Notes: generated by a model not told the origin, from the sequence alone. A stretch of 64,000 bases of DNA from Octopus sinensis (GCF_006345805.1 NC_043007.1:41664001-41728000); one strand, 5' to 3'. Shown: positions 50,385 through 63,655, counted from the stretch's first letter. Numbers and translations are program-made.

Positions 50385-50420
<36 letters not shown>

Positions 50421-50762
50421 CTATCCAGCTTGTTGGTTAATTGCAGCTCCAGTGATTTGTTAATCATTGTTCTTCTATATCAAGTGAGACTAAATTTATC
50501 TTAGCATAGGGTTGCCAGTGGATGCTTGCTACTGATGACATTCAAGAAGCAGAAATATGTATTTAGCAAGTCCACCACCACTGCCAGACACTTTTTGCCT
50601 GCTACTGATATATTTCTGTAGTTTTTAACACTACATGTCTTTACAAGATGCTTTCTCAAGACGACTACAGCAACTTCCATGTTTTACTCATCTTCGACAA
50701 TTTGCCAGCAGAAAATTATAATGAAATAATGTGAAATGAACACATTTTATTTTTAATTTCAG

Positions 50763-50816
50763 TTTAATAAACTATGCCAGAATTGGAGAACATTTGTCAA
50801 AGATCAAGCAGCTAAG
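50763..50816 (+). CDS. Candidate 54-nt exon (phase 0: FNKLCQNWRTFVKDQAAK) of the same unidentified gene
   Basis: ttttatttttaatttcAG acceptor, AAG/GTAACA donor, length a multiple of 3, open frame, unique sequence. A phase-2 reading (LINYARIGEHLSKIKQL) is also open. Confidence 0.45.
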
Positions 50817-50920
50817 GTAACATTGTATAAAGAAAGGATATCACAAAATGCATAAGCAAAATGATATGTAGTAGATAGAGGAATAGTTATGATAATATAT
50901 TATATAATAAATAATTAGTA

Positions 50921-51427
50921 CTGTAAATCCTCGAGTATAGTCCACCCTTGAGTATAATACGCAGGGGAATTTTAGGGGGCTGTACCTCTTAAAAACCTAA
51001 ACCTTGTGTATAATAGACACCCCTTCTCTGACTAGAGTCAAGGAGGTCTATATAATGTCCTTGGTTTGTAAAAATGTATACGGTAACGTCCTTTATTATT
51101 ATTGTATATATAACAAAATGCAAACGCTTTTTTGTGCATTTTGTTTGCAGAAAATAAAGAAATAACAGTAATAACGTTTAATAAATGTTGCTTACTGCAA
51201 GTTATGGATGATTCTTTTATGAATTCATTGCTTTCAGGCTTAGCTTAAGGTATTTTCGCACCTGACATCACAAAATGCATCTGAATAAACATTGCCGGAC
51301 AGAAAATAGAGACTCGGACATTGCTTAGAAAATATTTTTCATTTTTAACCTCGTATATAGTATGCACTAGGGATTTTGACCTTTAAATTTTGGGAAAAAA
51401 ATGCGGATTATACTTGAGGATTTACAG
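50921..51427. mobile_element. Tc1/mariner-pogo-type non-autonomous element
   Basis: TIRs ctgtaaatcctcgagtata / tatacttgaggatttacag with TA duplications at 50919-50920 and 51428-51429. Confidence 0.75.
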
Positions 51428-51699
51428 TAACCTAAATATGTTATTTTTTTACCATAATTAAGATGAAAATATTATTGATATTTTGCCTATTTTGGAGTTT
51501 GTGCATAGATCTTATGAAGGCATGAAAAATAATGAACTGGGTATCCATACACACATATGCATGCATGCACCAAAGTGATTGGTGTAAATTAAGACAGACA
51601 TTAACATGCCATCATTTGTATTCTTTCTTAGCTAATATTTTACGGCCTGTTACAATGTGGTCAATGTTTTCCACTTGGTGATTACATAACTGGCATTTA

Positions 51700-52620
51700 T
51701 TCCCTGAAGTGGGAAAAATAAATACCTTTATTCACTGAATTAGTATTTGAGGCTTGATCTGGAACAGCTGCCAACAAACTTTCTATTTTACTCTTCATGA
51801 TGAGTCTTGAATTTCTCACTCTCAGCATCTCTGAGGAACTTTCCATAAAACTGCATTTTTCTCTATTGCTTCCTTTCTTTTACAATTTATTGTATATAAT
51901 TTTCTTCAAATTCAACGTAAACAAGTTCTAGTTCTTTTGCGATAGGTTCAAGTAGTTCTTTATTTTTTGCAAGATATGGTTCAACTGACAGTTGCACTTC
52001 ATTTACAATCAGAAATACTTTAAGAGTCAAGACTATTGAAAAGGTTGCAAGACGCAACAAAAATTTTAGGAAAATAAAAATAAGAAATAAGTGGAAATTT
52101 TACCGGTGCATGTGTTATATTATAAGGCACAAAAAGAAAATAACTCTACCCAGACACAACAGAAAATACTTTAAAAGTTATCTCCCTTTAACCTTGCATC
52201 CCATATATAAATGACCGGCATTTGCTTCTGTCTAATAATGACCTATTCAGCTATGCTGAACATTCAAAGTCATACTATAATTCAAGAATGCAGCAGTACA
52301 CCACAGGCTTTTTTGAAGTTGACCCACATCCTGCACAGATTAGTCTCTTGATGTTTCACTATTATTTTGTTGATGGTCTTCAATGTCTTTTGAATGTTTA
52401 TTGCATTCTTTATAGCAGCAGTCTGCTAACAGCAATCTGATCTGCATAAAATGCCTCTTAGTAACAGAGGAAGCTGACTGAGCAATAATTTTTCTACTTC
52501 ATTTGGATGATTTCTGATTTGACCATGAAAGGATTTCAAATGTTCTATTCAAAGTCCTTGGATCCTATTTGCTCTTGGGGTTCTCCAGTTTGGTAGTGTC
52601 TTTTACTGCTTCAGGACATT
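51700..52620 (-). mobile_element. Highly degenerate R4/Dong-like RT fragments
   Basis: Minus strand gives NLCRMWVNFKKA (resembles W.D.KKAFD) and an AAQDQAL.TN-like segment near 51750. Confidence 0.4.
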
Positions 52621-52925
52621 GTCCCTAGTTATAGAGAATGGTATTTACTTCTTTGTATTGCTCAGTTCCATCTCAACTATTTTGATCTATTCTGCATTTT
52701 CATTACATGTAATCAGGCACCTCCCCATTCCTGTTCAAAATACTATCATAGTTTTATTATTGGTAGAATCAAAAAGCATTGGCTTTTAAGATTTTGATTT
52801 CAAATCCTGTCAAGATCTACTTTACCTTCTATCTCTGGGAGTGAGAAAATAATGTAACAGTCACAATCTGGGAGTAATTTAATCAAGTGACTTCTCCTTT
52901 CAAAATCATTGGCTCTATACCTTAA

Positions 52926-52963
<38 letters not shown>

Positions 52964-53027
52964 AAGGTGTATTGTGAGTCCAGCATAAAATATAACTTCA
53001 TATTTAAAAATTAAATGAAGACAAATG

Positions 53028-53824
53028 GAATCTTTTCAGTTTGAACGGCTGTTTTTAACATAATTTCTAGGTAACTAAAAAATTTTAAACTTCATATACT
53101 GGTAGAATGTGTTTATAAAACATCTTTTCTCTTGGCTTTCTTGAGAAAATTGTGTAGTTTGTAATATATTTCGTCTTTAATTTCTTGCATTTCAGCAATT
53201 TCAACCAATCAATTACGTCCATTGACGTAAACAACATTCTGTGCCGTATGAATATGTCCCTCGTTTAAGAAACAGATTGGGTTTATCTACATTTGTGAAG
53301 AAAAAAAGATACCCTTCCCCCACCCCTAACCCTAAATCTAAAATAGATTGAAATGCAATAGATCGATTCTAGGGTCATAATTATGGGTGACAATTTCATA
53401 TGACACCGCTAGAAAAAACGGCCATTTTTTCTATCGGTGTCATATGAAATTGTCACCCATAATTATGACCCTAGAATCGATCTATTGAATTTCAATCTAT
53501 TTTAGATCTAGGGTAAGTTAGGGTTAGGGGTGGGGGAAGGGTATCTTTTTTCTTCACAAATGTAAATAAACCCAATCTGTTTCTTAAATGAGGGACATAT
53601 TCATACGGCACAGAATGTTATTTACGTCAATGGGTGTAATTGATTGGTTGAAATTGCTGAAAAGCAAGAAATTAAAGATGAAATATGTTACAAACTACAC
53701 AATTTTCTCAAGAAAGCCAAGAGAAAATGATGTTTTATAAACAAATTCTACCAGTATACGAAGTTTAAAATTTTTAGTTACCTAGAAATTATGTTAAAAA
53801 CTGCCATTCAAACCGAAAAGATCC
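53028..53824. mobile_element. Almost fully palindromic non-autonomous DNA transposon with 8-bp TSD
   Basis: About 390-bp arms meeting near 53420. Ends gaatcttttc / gaaaagatcc. TSD gacaaatg at 53020-53027 and 53825-53832. Solo right-end fragment at about 2812-2878. Confidence 0.8.
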
Positions 53825-55239
53825 GACAAATGAAATAAAATACACTTCACAATGTATTATGTAAATGTAAATTTAGAATAAAGAAAGGAGATGCACCTTC
53901 TTATTGCACAGATGGGTATCATTGAAGTGGATTTCTCTTCCTATGTCAGCAATTCAACAGCTGAAAAAGTAAAATGAACAATATATATGAATGTATTTGT
54001 GTGTGTGTGTGTGTGTGTGTTTGCGATTTTTTTTTTGTTCAATAGGTATTAATTTTTATCTGATGAAAGTGTTTGTGTGCATGACCATCACAGGTTTTTA
54101 TGCAAGGCTGGAGAGTTTGAAATGTTAGTCTTCAATAGTTACAAATCAACAGCTGCAAGAAATCCACAGGCAAAGAAAGTAGCCCAAGGAGCTACCATTT
54201 TTCAAAAGAAAGGACTGAGAATAGTGATTTCTGAGGGGCCTTGGAGGAGGCGGAATTGAACAGATGAGAGAGACAAATGAATCAGGAACATTGCAGTGGA
54301 GATGCAACAAAACCAGTTAGCTCCAAGGAACAGAAGCCATTGGTGAGGTTGTAGAATGGGCAGGAAGAAGAAATAGCATATGTGTGGATCAGAAACTGGA
54401 GTGCATTGATGAGCGACTCTGTGCCAGTCAATTAAGTGGTGTTTCTTTAAGATTTATGATAGATACATATGCAGAAGCACAAAAGTAGGAACAGTGCTCC
54501 ACTGTGAGCCTCACCTGACTTTTATAGAAGATCAGTAGTAGTTTCTGATTCTGAAGTGGAAGTTTGGTCTTTGTGATGAATCTTTTGCTAAGCTGAGGAT
54601 GTTTTTTTTTTAATTATTTTTTACTTGTTTCAGTTATTGGATTGTGGCCATGCTGGGACACTACTTTGGAGGGTTTAGTTGAGAAAATTGACTCTAGGAC
54701 TTAATTCATCAGTCTCTTTTGTTGTACTTAAGTTATTGGGGTGTAAACAACTGAAGACCAGTTGTCAGGTAGTGGTGTAGGGCAAACACAAATACACACA
54801 TACAGATATATATATATATATGTAGGGAGAGAGACACACACACACACACAGATATATATATATATATATATCAGTGGCAAAGGGTGACTAAGAAACCAGG
54901 GCATACAGTCCACTCCCCCCCACCGCCCTAAGGTTGATGGGGGAATTCCAAGTGTTCTACCCTCCCCTGTTTTCCACGAAAAGTGTAGTATTATATATGC
55001 TTTGAGATATGAGGAGTCTGAAAATGAAAATAGTTTCCCCCTACAATGCACCATTTTGAAATAGTTTGTAAGGCACGAGAAACGTACAGATAACTTTGAA
55101 AATTACCTTCCAATGATTTCGTCCAATAGGGGTTATTCAAGCTGTCAACTTTGAGAAAAAAGTCGAAATTCTTTTTGAAGTTTGGAAGAAAATTCGACAT
55201 TCATGAACTCTTGATGCTGACTGAGCGAGTACTAAATTA

Positions 55240-56464
55240 AGTGAATGTGTATATCAATGTACAACTTCAGTCAGTGATGCAGCTTTTCTATCTTTACTGA
55301 CATTGATTTATCCCCTAGACCTTTCTTGAAGCTTTTCCTTCTAATCAAAAAATCACAAAATGTGTGACAGTTAAGATTTCATCCAAAGGTCTGTAGTCTC
55401 ACCAAACATAACAGCAACAGCTGTTTTTTTTTATCATTGGCTTAATTACACTTTCACTTGTAACAGATATACAATTAAATGCATGCTGCGGCATGTCAAA
55501 ATGGAGTCTTGAGACAGAAGGGAGATGAGACTTTCCCAAGATGAGCAATGGCATACTGCAGCATGCCATTGCTGAATCAGTAAAACAACATTTTAATTAG
55601 ACAGCAACAGACTACGTATAAATTTGTTCTTCAGCAATCCCGGAGCTGTTTTCAGATATGGTCCATCCCGTTCGTATAGAAATGCTAATTTTTGTCCAAC
55701 TTGATGTGCTAAACTGAAATTGCCATTTCTGAAAAGCATTAAAATTTCCAAATGAAACTAATGTAATGCGCTGTTCAAGTGATAAAGTAAGATTGCCAGC
55801 ACTACCAGCTTCTCTTCAACCTCTTATAGATCTTCTGGAAGGCACTTTCATCCAATCAAAGGATTTTGTGAACAATATCAGACAATACAAACTCTGCATT
55901 TCAAATGAGATAGTTGAACATGGATTTATGCTGACATTCAATGTTCAAGGGCAAGTCTATCATCTCATTGGTGTCTCCAACACACACACCCACCACCAGC
56001 ACCACCACAACAACAACAAACATGAACAGCACACAGAACCAGCAAGGTTACCACAAATGCTAGACTCATCTCATTGGTACCCACAAATGAACAACTACAT
56101 TTCCTCCAAATTTACTTCGTGAGTGATGTAGGACAACAAACCTGAAGGAGGTGTCAAAACTTCAGACGATGGGCCATGTTAGACGCAGTGCCAACTACCG
56201 CAAAGGACAGTATGTCCACCGGCAGCTTTTCAGTGCATTCAAATATCACATATCCCCTACCCCCAATTTCCCATGACAGGTTAGGGCCTGGAATACGATA
56301 AATGGAGGCATGACATGCTGCTTTAGTCGAATTAGCCCATCATTTACTCCACAAATGTTTTGTTGTCAATGTTGCACTTTCCCATATCACCTGTTTCAAC
56401 ATAACTGTAATATATATACAATCTATGCAATTTTAATCCCAAGCAACACCGGGTATCTCTGCTA

Positions 56465-56465
<1 letters not shown>
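55240..56465 (+). mobile_element. Internally deleted Helitron with Rep N-terminal remnant
   Basis: LKFPNETNVMRCSSDKVRLPALP..LQPLIDLL....SKDFVNNIRQY..GFMLTFNVQGQVYHLIG, then 3' hairpin cccaagcaacaccggg + CTAG|T at 56438-56466. 5' boundary approximate. Confidence 0.7.
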
Positions 56466-56543
<78 letters not shown>

Positions 56544-56612
56544 TAGATAAAAATGGTAAGACAACAAAAGAATGAAAAAGACCTCGATATTATGCAAATA
56601 GAGGAATTTATC

Positions 56613-56945
56613 TGTAAATGTAATATGTGACAATTATTTGGTAGCCTTGATAAAACTTCGAGTCTTGGATGCCGGGGTGGAAATCGCCGCCGCCATCTTT
56701 TCAGTTATCCGACCATTGGAAAAAATGCTATGAAAATGACCGTTAAACGAAAGGAAATTACTGTGTGATGGACCTGTCTTAATAACGGTCAATCACACAG
56801 TAATTTCCCTTTGTTTAACGGTCATTTTCATAGCATTTTTTCCAATGGTCGGATAACTGAAAAGATGGCGGTGTGGATTTCCACTCCGGCATCTGAAACT
56901 CGGAGTTTTATCATGGCTACCGAATAATTGTCACATATTACATTT

Positions 56946-56948
<3 letters not shown>
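56613..56948. repeat. Head-to-head inverted duplication of the hammerhead-B repeat unit
   Basis: About 160-bp arms; left arm homologous to 7977-8095. Right arm 56852-56912 reads GAUAA-CUGAAAA-GAUG..CAUC-U-GAAA-CUCGGA-GUU-UUAUC. Flanked by (TA)n/(GA)n and (CA)n/(TA)n. Confidence 0.75.
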
Positions 56949-56989
<41 letters not shown>

Positions 56990-57599
56990 GACAGGCTTCT
57001 ACATAGTTTCCATCTACTAAAGTCATTCACAAAGCATCAGTTGGTCTAGGGCTATAATAGAAGATACCTTCCCAAGGAGCCATGCAGTGGGACTGAACCC
57101 AGAACCATGCAGTTTCAAAGGATGCTTCTTAACCACACAGCCAGTAAAGATGGAGTCTAGCATTTGTGGCAGCCTTGCTGGTTCTGTGTGCTGTTCATGT
57201 TTGTTGTTTTTTTCGTTGTTGTTGTTGGTGGGTGGTGGTGGTCGTGGTGTGTGTGTCTCTATGCTGATGAAAGAGACAATATTGGTACAATACTACTGGA
57301 GAATGGTTCTGGCAGTCTCTGTTTATAGAGTCTGTGCAGGTCTGGTATGAGATTTAGGTTTGTAGTTGATATATGAACATTAAAGGCAGCAAGCTGGCAG
57401 AAACGTTAGCATGTCAGGTGAAATGCTTAGCAGTATTTCGTCTGTCTTTACATTCTGAGTTCAAATTCTGCCAAGGTTGATTTTGCCTTTCATCCTTTCA
57501 GGATCGATAAATTAAGTACCAGTTGCATACTAATCGACTGCTCCACCACGAAAAATTTCAGGCCCTGTGCCTAGAGTAGAAAAGGCTGTATAAACGTTG

Positions 57600-58180
57600 G
57601 GAAGGGCTAAAGCGGAATAAAGGGTGGTATCATCTGCAGAGGGGTGGGTGTTCTTTGAGGTGATGGAAAACAGGTTGTTGATGTAAAAGTATGTAAGAAA
57701 CAAAACTGAAACACAAGGTAATGCTGAAATTAAGTGTGTATGCATCAGAAAAAGCATCATTAGAACATGCAGTGATGGTATCATCTGACAGTAAGCCACT
57801 GATCAAAGAGATAAGCGATAACTGAAGCTCATTTATAGACAGTTTTACTAGGAGATTCATATGGCTGATGTAGCTAAACATTTGTTTATGTGAGCAAAAC
57901 AATAGTGTTTGCACCAAATTTCTCAAAGGTGAGGGTACACATCTCAGAGTTACTGTCCAATTGATATGGCTTTATGAAAGACATAATGATGGCTATTAAG
58001 TAGAGAGAGAGGTTGTTGCAGGTTGATGTTAATGACTATCTTCATCTCTTCGGCGATATTGAGAGTGAATGTGGTTTGGAAGAATCTTTTCTTGTGAATG
58101 AAGGACACTGCATGTTTCCCAAGATAGAGAAATTGAAGGGTTTGGCAATAATAAAGACTAGTTCTGGCATCAGCCTTCAC
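57600..58180 (-). mobile_element. Old CR1/Jockey-group RT fragment
   Basis: YINNLFSITSKNTHPSADDTTLYS (YIND...YADD-like). Confidence 0.45.
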
Positions 58181-58197
58181 TGATACACTCTAGTGAA

Positions 58198-58260
<63 letters not shown>

Positions 58261-60589
58261 CATAAATAAAGTTAGATAAGGCCACGTTATGGGATTACCC
58301 TGGGTCTCACATCCATAAAGCACTTAGTTTTACAGCATACCATCAGATCCCAAGACCTGTTGGCTTAAGGTCTATCTGGAACATGGAAGAGGAAAGGACC
58401 TCGCTACCGAATATCAACAATAGCGGAACATAGATGCATATGTATGTGTATCCTCATCATCATTTAACATCCATTATCCATGCTGGAATGGGCTGGATGC
58501 TTTGACCAGGGCTAGTAAGTTGAGGGTCTGTACCAGACACCTGTCTGATTTGGCATTGTTTCTAAAGCTGGATGCCCTACCAAACACCAACCACTCTGAG
58601 AGTGTAATGGGTGTTTTTACATGCCACTGGCATGGGTGCCAGTTGTATAATACGATTTCACTTGGCTTGATGGGTCTTCTTTTCAAGCACGGCATATTGC
58701 CAAAGGTCTCAGTCATTTGTCATTGCCTCCACAAGGCCCAACACTTGAAAGGTGCCTTGTAAGTGCCACCAGCATGGGTGCTAGTTACACAACACCAGAA
58801 TCAGCCACATTGTCTTTGTGAGGCCCAATGTTCAAAAGGCTCTTTTTACATGCAAACCAGCAATTCTCACTGAAAAATTTACTACACAATTACAAAAGCT
58901 TCAAATGAAATAATCTAATACTAAATAGAATCAAGACAAACTGCTTGGCATTCAATATAAAAAAGAAAGCTATACTTAAAAGTAGCAGGGTTCATGAAAA
59001 AGCAATACAAGACAAAAGTCATTTATTTTAACATGCAAGGAAGGAGTAAGAAAGAATCCTATATAACTGAAGAGTAATTTGAATTCACCCAGAAATGGCT
59101 TCTGCATAAAAAATACTTAAAAACAGTGAATTAAAAGAATCTAATTAATTAAAATTGCATTCATAGTGAAGAGAAAAGAAACATTAGCTTAATGACCAAT
59201 TCTGATTTAGAAAGGTAGGAGAGACAATCCCAAAATTTAAATTAAAAGTGGATTGGAGAATGGAGTTCAGGGAGACATGCAGTGAAAGTGAGTTGAATCA
59301 TTGACAAGTACAGTAAGATAACTCTAGAAATGATTCAGCTTTATCAGACTTTCGCGATAAAAAACTCTTAGCATCATCATCACCATCATTGTCGTTTAAT
59401 GTCCACTTTCCATGCTGACTTGCATTAGACAGTTTGACTGAGGACTGGCAAGCCAGAAGGCGGTTCCAGGCTCCAATCTGATCTGGCAAGGTTTCTACAG
59501 CTGGATGCCCTTCCTAATGCCAACCACTCCAAGAGTGTAGTGGGTGCTTTTACGTACCACCGGCATGAGGGCCAGTCAGGTGGTACTGGCATTGACCACA
59601 CTTGAATGGTCCTTTTTACGTGCCATCAGCACAGGAGCCCTAAAAGGCTAGGAAGTATTAAAAAAATTGTGTAAATAAACAACAATGAATATGGCAGCTT
59701 AAAAGAATAGGGTGTTGTGCAAACAACAGATAATACACAAGTGAAAGTGTGTCTCTGGTAATTTTCATTTTTTTAATAACAAAAAAAACCCCAAAAAAAC
59801 AACCACTCTTACCACTGCCAAAATTAAAATGAAGAAAACATGCAAATTTATAAGCAATCAGAAAGGATAGGAGAAAACAAGAATCCAAAGGTAAAATCAA
59901 GCTGTTTATTTAAAGCCCATCACTTATAGATTGAAATATAGAGCAGCAGACAACAGGTTGTTTGCTGCTCTATAAAAGATGTTGTTGAAGCAAGAGCATA
60001 ACACACTACATGCAACTGATAGCAGCCCAAAAGGATGTTGTATCCACTAATACCTCCACAAGTGGAAACATAAGTCATACTTACTACCCTCTACTGCTAA
60101 CACCATTGCTAGTGCCACTATTATCATTCTTGTAGGTACAAACTCCCATAAAAGATTTGCATGGTGTTCTCTTCCCAACAGTGAAGAAACTAACAAATGA
60201 AATTAAAATAAATCAATAGAAGTCAGAGGGCCCATTCATTATTGATGAGTTGAATAGTTTTTGTTTGCAGTAAGGCTGAATGATAAAATATTTTCTTATG
60301 TGTAGTACCTCAATATTAAAAAAATTTCTTTTGTGAAACTAGGGTGTGGTACAGTTCATAATATTTCCTATTCTGCTACCAATACTTGATTGATACTTAA
60401 TGGATTGGTCCCAGAAGGTTTAAAGGTAAACTAGAATCTTAGTGGGATTTGAACTCAGAACATAAAGAGAATACAACTAAATACTGTTTACATTAACATA
60501 CAGTCAGAAATTTGGATTAGTTGGGTTGAGAACATTTGATTAAATAAATCTCAGTACTTGACTGTTACTTTATTTTATCTTACAGCCAA

Positions 60590-61860
60590 GAGTCCTCTGA
60601 GTGGTTCCCTCATAGCTACACTGTAGCAATTCAGGCAAAGAACAACCTAGAACAAAGCTAGATTAAAATTATTCATATCTAGAAAGCATTTACCAAGCAT
60701 TACAACTCTGAAAGAGCACCATCCAAACTGCAGAAGATGCCACTATGCTTTGCACAGCTACATGCAACCACTGATCTGCAGCTGATTTTTTATTTTCTCT
60801 TTTTAGTTTTCTTTCCATAATTTTCTGGAATATTTTCTAAGAAAGCCATGATGATCCTGTATGAAATACTTCTGCAGAAAAAGCTTCCACATTTTCTGCC
60901 TCTGCACCAAATCAACACCTCTGAGTCTGTCCCTTCCATTCTCAACATCACACTCATTTACACATCAAATGGAAACACAAGTCATATTTACTACCCTCTA
61001 CTCCTAACACCTATGCTAGTACCACTATTATCCTCTGGTTGTTTAAAGCCAACAAAGTCCCTGATAATTTCCTTTCTATTACCCTCAAACAATACACTCC
61101 AGAGTTAGCTGCTACTCTCACCAGGTTTTTCTTCTTTTTCTCAACAGGGATATATCATGGTTTTTGAAAACATGCTACAGGTATGTCTCATTCCCAAGAA
61201 GGGCAACCCTCCTAACTCTGTCAACTTTCAACCTATTGTATGCTGTTCAAATGTCTCAAAGGGGATAAAGATAACTATTAGCAACCTTTTTAAACACCTT
61301 GTATCTTTCTCAACCTTAATGATTAACAGTACAGCTTTTGTAAAACTGGATGTACTAGAAACACATTCCTCTAAATTACTCCTCAGTGAGCTTGTGACAG
61401 CAATGTTGTTATCCTTAACATCAACAATACTTTCAATGAAGTTTGGCATAAGAAACTCCATTCATCTCTCATCCTTTGGATAAATAGCTTTCTTCTCAGA
61501 TCAAAGTATTGCAGTGTGTCTGATGGTGCTCTCTCTGAGCCACACCATCAACTCTGGGTTGCCCCAAATTTCTGTTTTGTTCCTCACATCTTTCCTCCTG
61601 TCACCAGTAAACTATATGTTGTCAGTTTCAAACAATGCCCACACATACATAGATAATACATAGATAATACATAGACAACACACAGCTTAGATACCTCATG
61701 CCAAATCTGCAATGACTCCCTGAGCAAGGATCTTGAAAACATCCATTAGTGGGGTCATGTCTATCTTGTTTCTTCCCATAGCAAAAAGACACAATCACTG
61801 TACATGTAAGAAAACATTATTGTTCCTCACTCCCCAATACAACTAAAACCCTTACAATTA
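60590..61860 (+). mobile_element. Old CR1/Jockey-group RT fragment
   Basis: CLIPKKGNPPNSVNFQPI....VSK (P.PKKG....NYRPI-like) and INSGLPQ-like motifs. 60977-61060 is related to 60072-60150. Confidence 0.5.
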
Positions 61861-61867
61861 TTTCTCC

Positions 61868-61970
61868 CAGTATATCACAGGTAATACTCCTCCCAATATG
61901 TCACAGGTAACACCCTTCCCAGTATGTCACAGGTAACACCCGTTCCAATTTGTCATAGGTAATATTCTCA
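61868..61970. repeat. Minisatellite, about 4 copies of a 26-27-bp unit (cccagtatgtcacaggtaacaccctt)
   Basis: Read directly from the sequence. Confidence 0.75.
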
Positions 61971-62253
61971 GACAACTTGATTCCCATTCCCGAGGCAATG
62001 TATTTTTTTTCCACATAACTTAGCCAAAGGAAGAATCATAGTGCTCATGATTTTTTCCAGGCCTCCAAAACTGGTGGAAAGCAGATTATCCTCAGACTGG
62101 AGACCTGGCCCAGAGTGAACTCTGCTAAAAACACCTAAGAGCTAAGTGGTGATGCTAAGTCTAATGGCAGAGTAAGAGAATTTGACCCAGAATCATAAAA
62201 CTGTTGCTGTAGTATTTTTGTCTTTTTTCATTTTCATCAATGACCCTTTACAG

Positions 62254-62590
62254 CTGGAGTTCTCAACCATTTTTTATCTATGGACTCAATTGATTATTAT
62301 TTTATTCTGGTAGACCCCCACCTCATTACTGTTCAATATTAAAAGCTAGTTTTGTAGAAATTTCTTTGCTTTCACACATTAACTAATGTAGGTTGAACTA
62401 TGTAAAATGTTAAAGAAAGAAACCTAGCTGTTTCATACAATACTTACAAATACATACATCTAAAGGAAAACTTTTTGGGGAGTCCTTAAAATACTATTGT
62501 GGATCCCCAATTTACTATTTTGTTGCAAGGGCCCCCAGAAATATTAGATGGACTCTCAGGGACCTTATGGATCCCAGTTGAGAACCACTG
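62254..62590. mobile_element. hAT (Charlie-like) MITE
   Basis: Ends ctggagttctcaac / gttgagaaccactg, 8-bp TSD ctttacag at 62246-62253 and 62591-62598. Related left end cagtggttctcaac at 50000. Confidence 0.75.
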
Positions 62591-63166
62591 CTTTACAGGG
62601 TCTCCGTGGTTGGTGGAAGGGAGGTAGGGAGGATGATACCCTAAAACTTAAGTCCTGGCCTGAATGTTTTCCACAGAAGATTGGAAACAAAAGACATCAC
62701 TTTATGCAAGTCAAAACAAGGAACACAGTAACTCCCACCACACATACATATATATATATATATAAATGAATGTTTTTATATATAATGAACGTGAAATACA
62801 GGAAGGGACGAACACGGAACACAGACAAATCATTCGAAGCCTTCAATCTTCAGTCAGACACCGAATCATCATAGCAAATTTCGGCTGTTCAATTCTGATA
62901 TTTGCTCCAACTCGGCCAGCCCCAAGAAAAAAAACTAAGCTGTAAGCATTAGATTTCTTGGTAGAAGACAGGAATGTGAACGCACAAGACGGATGTGAAT
63001 ACAAGAGACGAAAACGAAATTGAAAACAGTAATGAAAAAACAAAACATATATAACGGTGGTTGTCATACGACTTTAGACCAAATGAGACAAAACAACAAC
63101 AACATAGCAGCTGGCGTAGAAATAATTACCGTTTCGGTAGCGGGGACACATGTTGGTCGAGATACG

Positions 63167-63197
<31 letters not shown>

Positions 63198-63269
63198 GTG
63201 ACTATTCTTTCTTTCTCACTAGACTGCTGGTGGCGATAAATTTTTCTTGAATTTTTTGCTAGCCTTATA

Positions 63270-63273
63270 TTGA

Positions 63274-63341
<68 letters not shown>

Positions 63342-63385
63342 ATATGTATATATATATATTATATATATGTATATATGTATGTATT

Positions 63386-63433
<48 letters not shown>

Positions 63434-63460
63434 AATATATATGTATATATATATGTATAT

Positions 63461-63493
<33 letters not shown>

Positions 63494-63522
63494 TATATAT
63501 GTATGTATGTATATATATATAG

Positions 63523-63562
<40 letters not shown>

Positions 63563-63605
63563 TAGTATATATATATATGTATGTATTATATATATATATA
63601 TATAG

Positions 63606-63655
<50 letters not shown>

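Noticed and set aside
51632-58369. Further plus-strand exon candidates (51632-, 53912-, 54046-54093, 58336-58369)
   Set aside because: Good acceptors but weak donors or ambiguous frames; they could not be chained into a recognisable protein.
62824-62853. Possible third hammerhead on the minus strand (CUGAAGA-uugaaggcuuc-GAAU-gauuu-GUC)
   Set aside because: GAAA is GAAU, stem III cannot close, and stem I does not pair. It could be a decayed copy, but this sequence alone does not support it.
63020-63605. YI/CI-rich ORFs
   Set aside because: Translation artefacts of (TA)n microsatellites; the same applies to 36277-36550 and 50189-50504.
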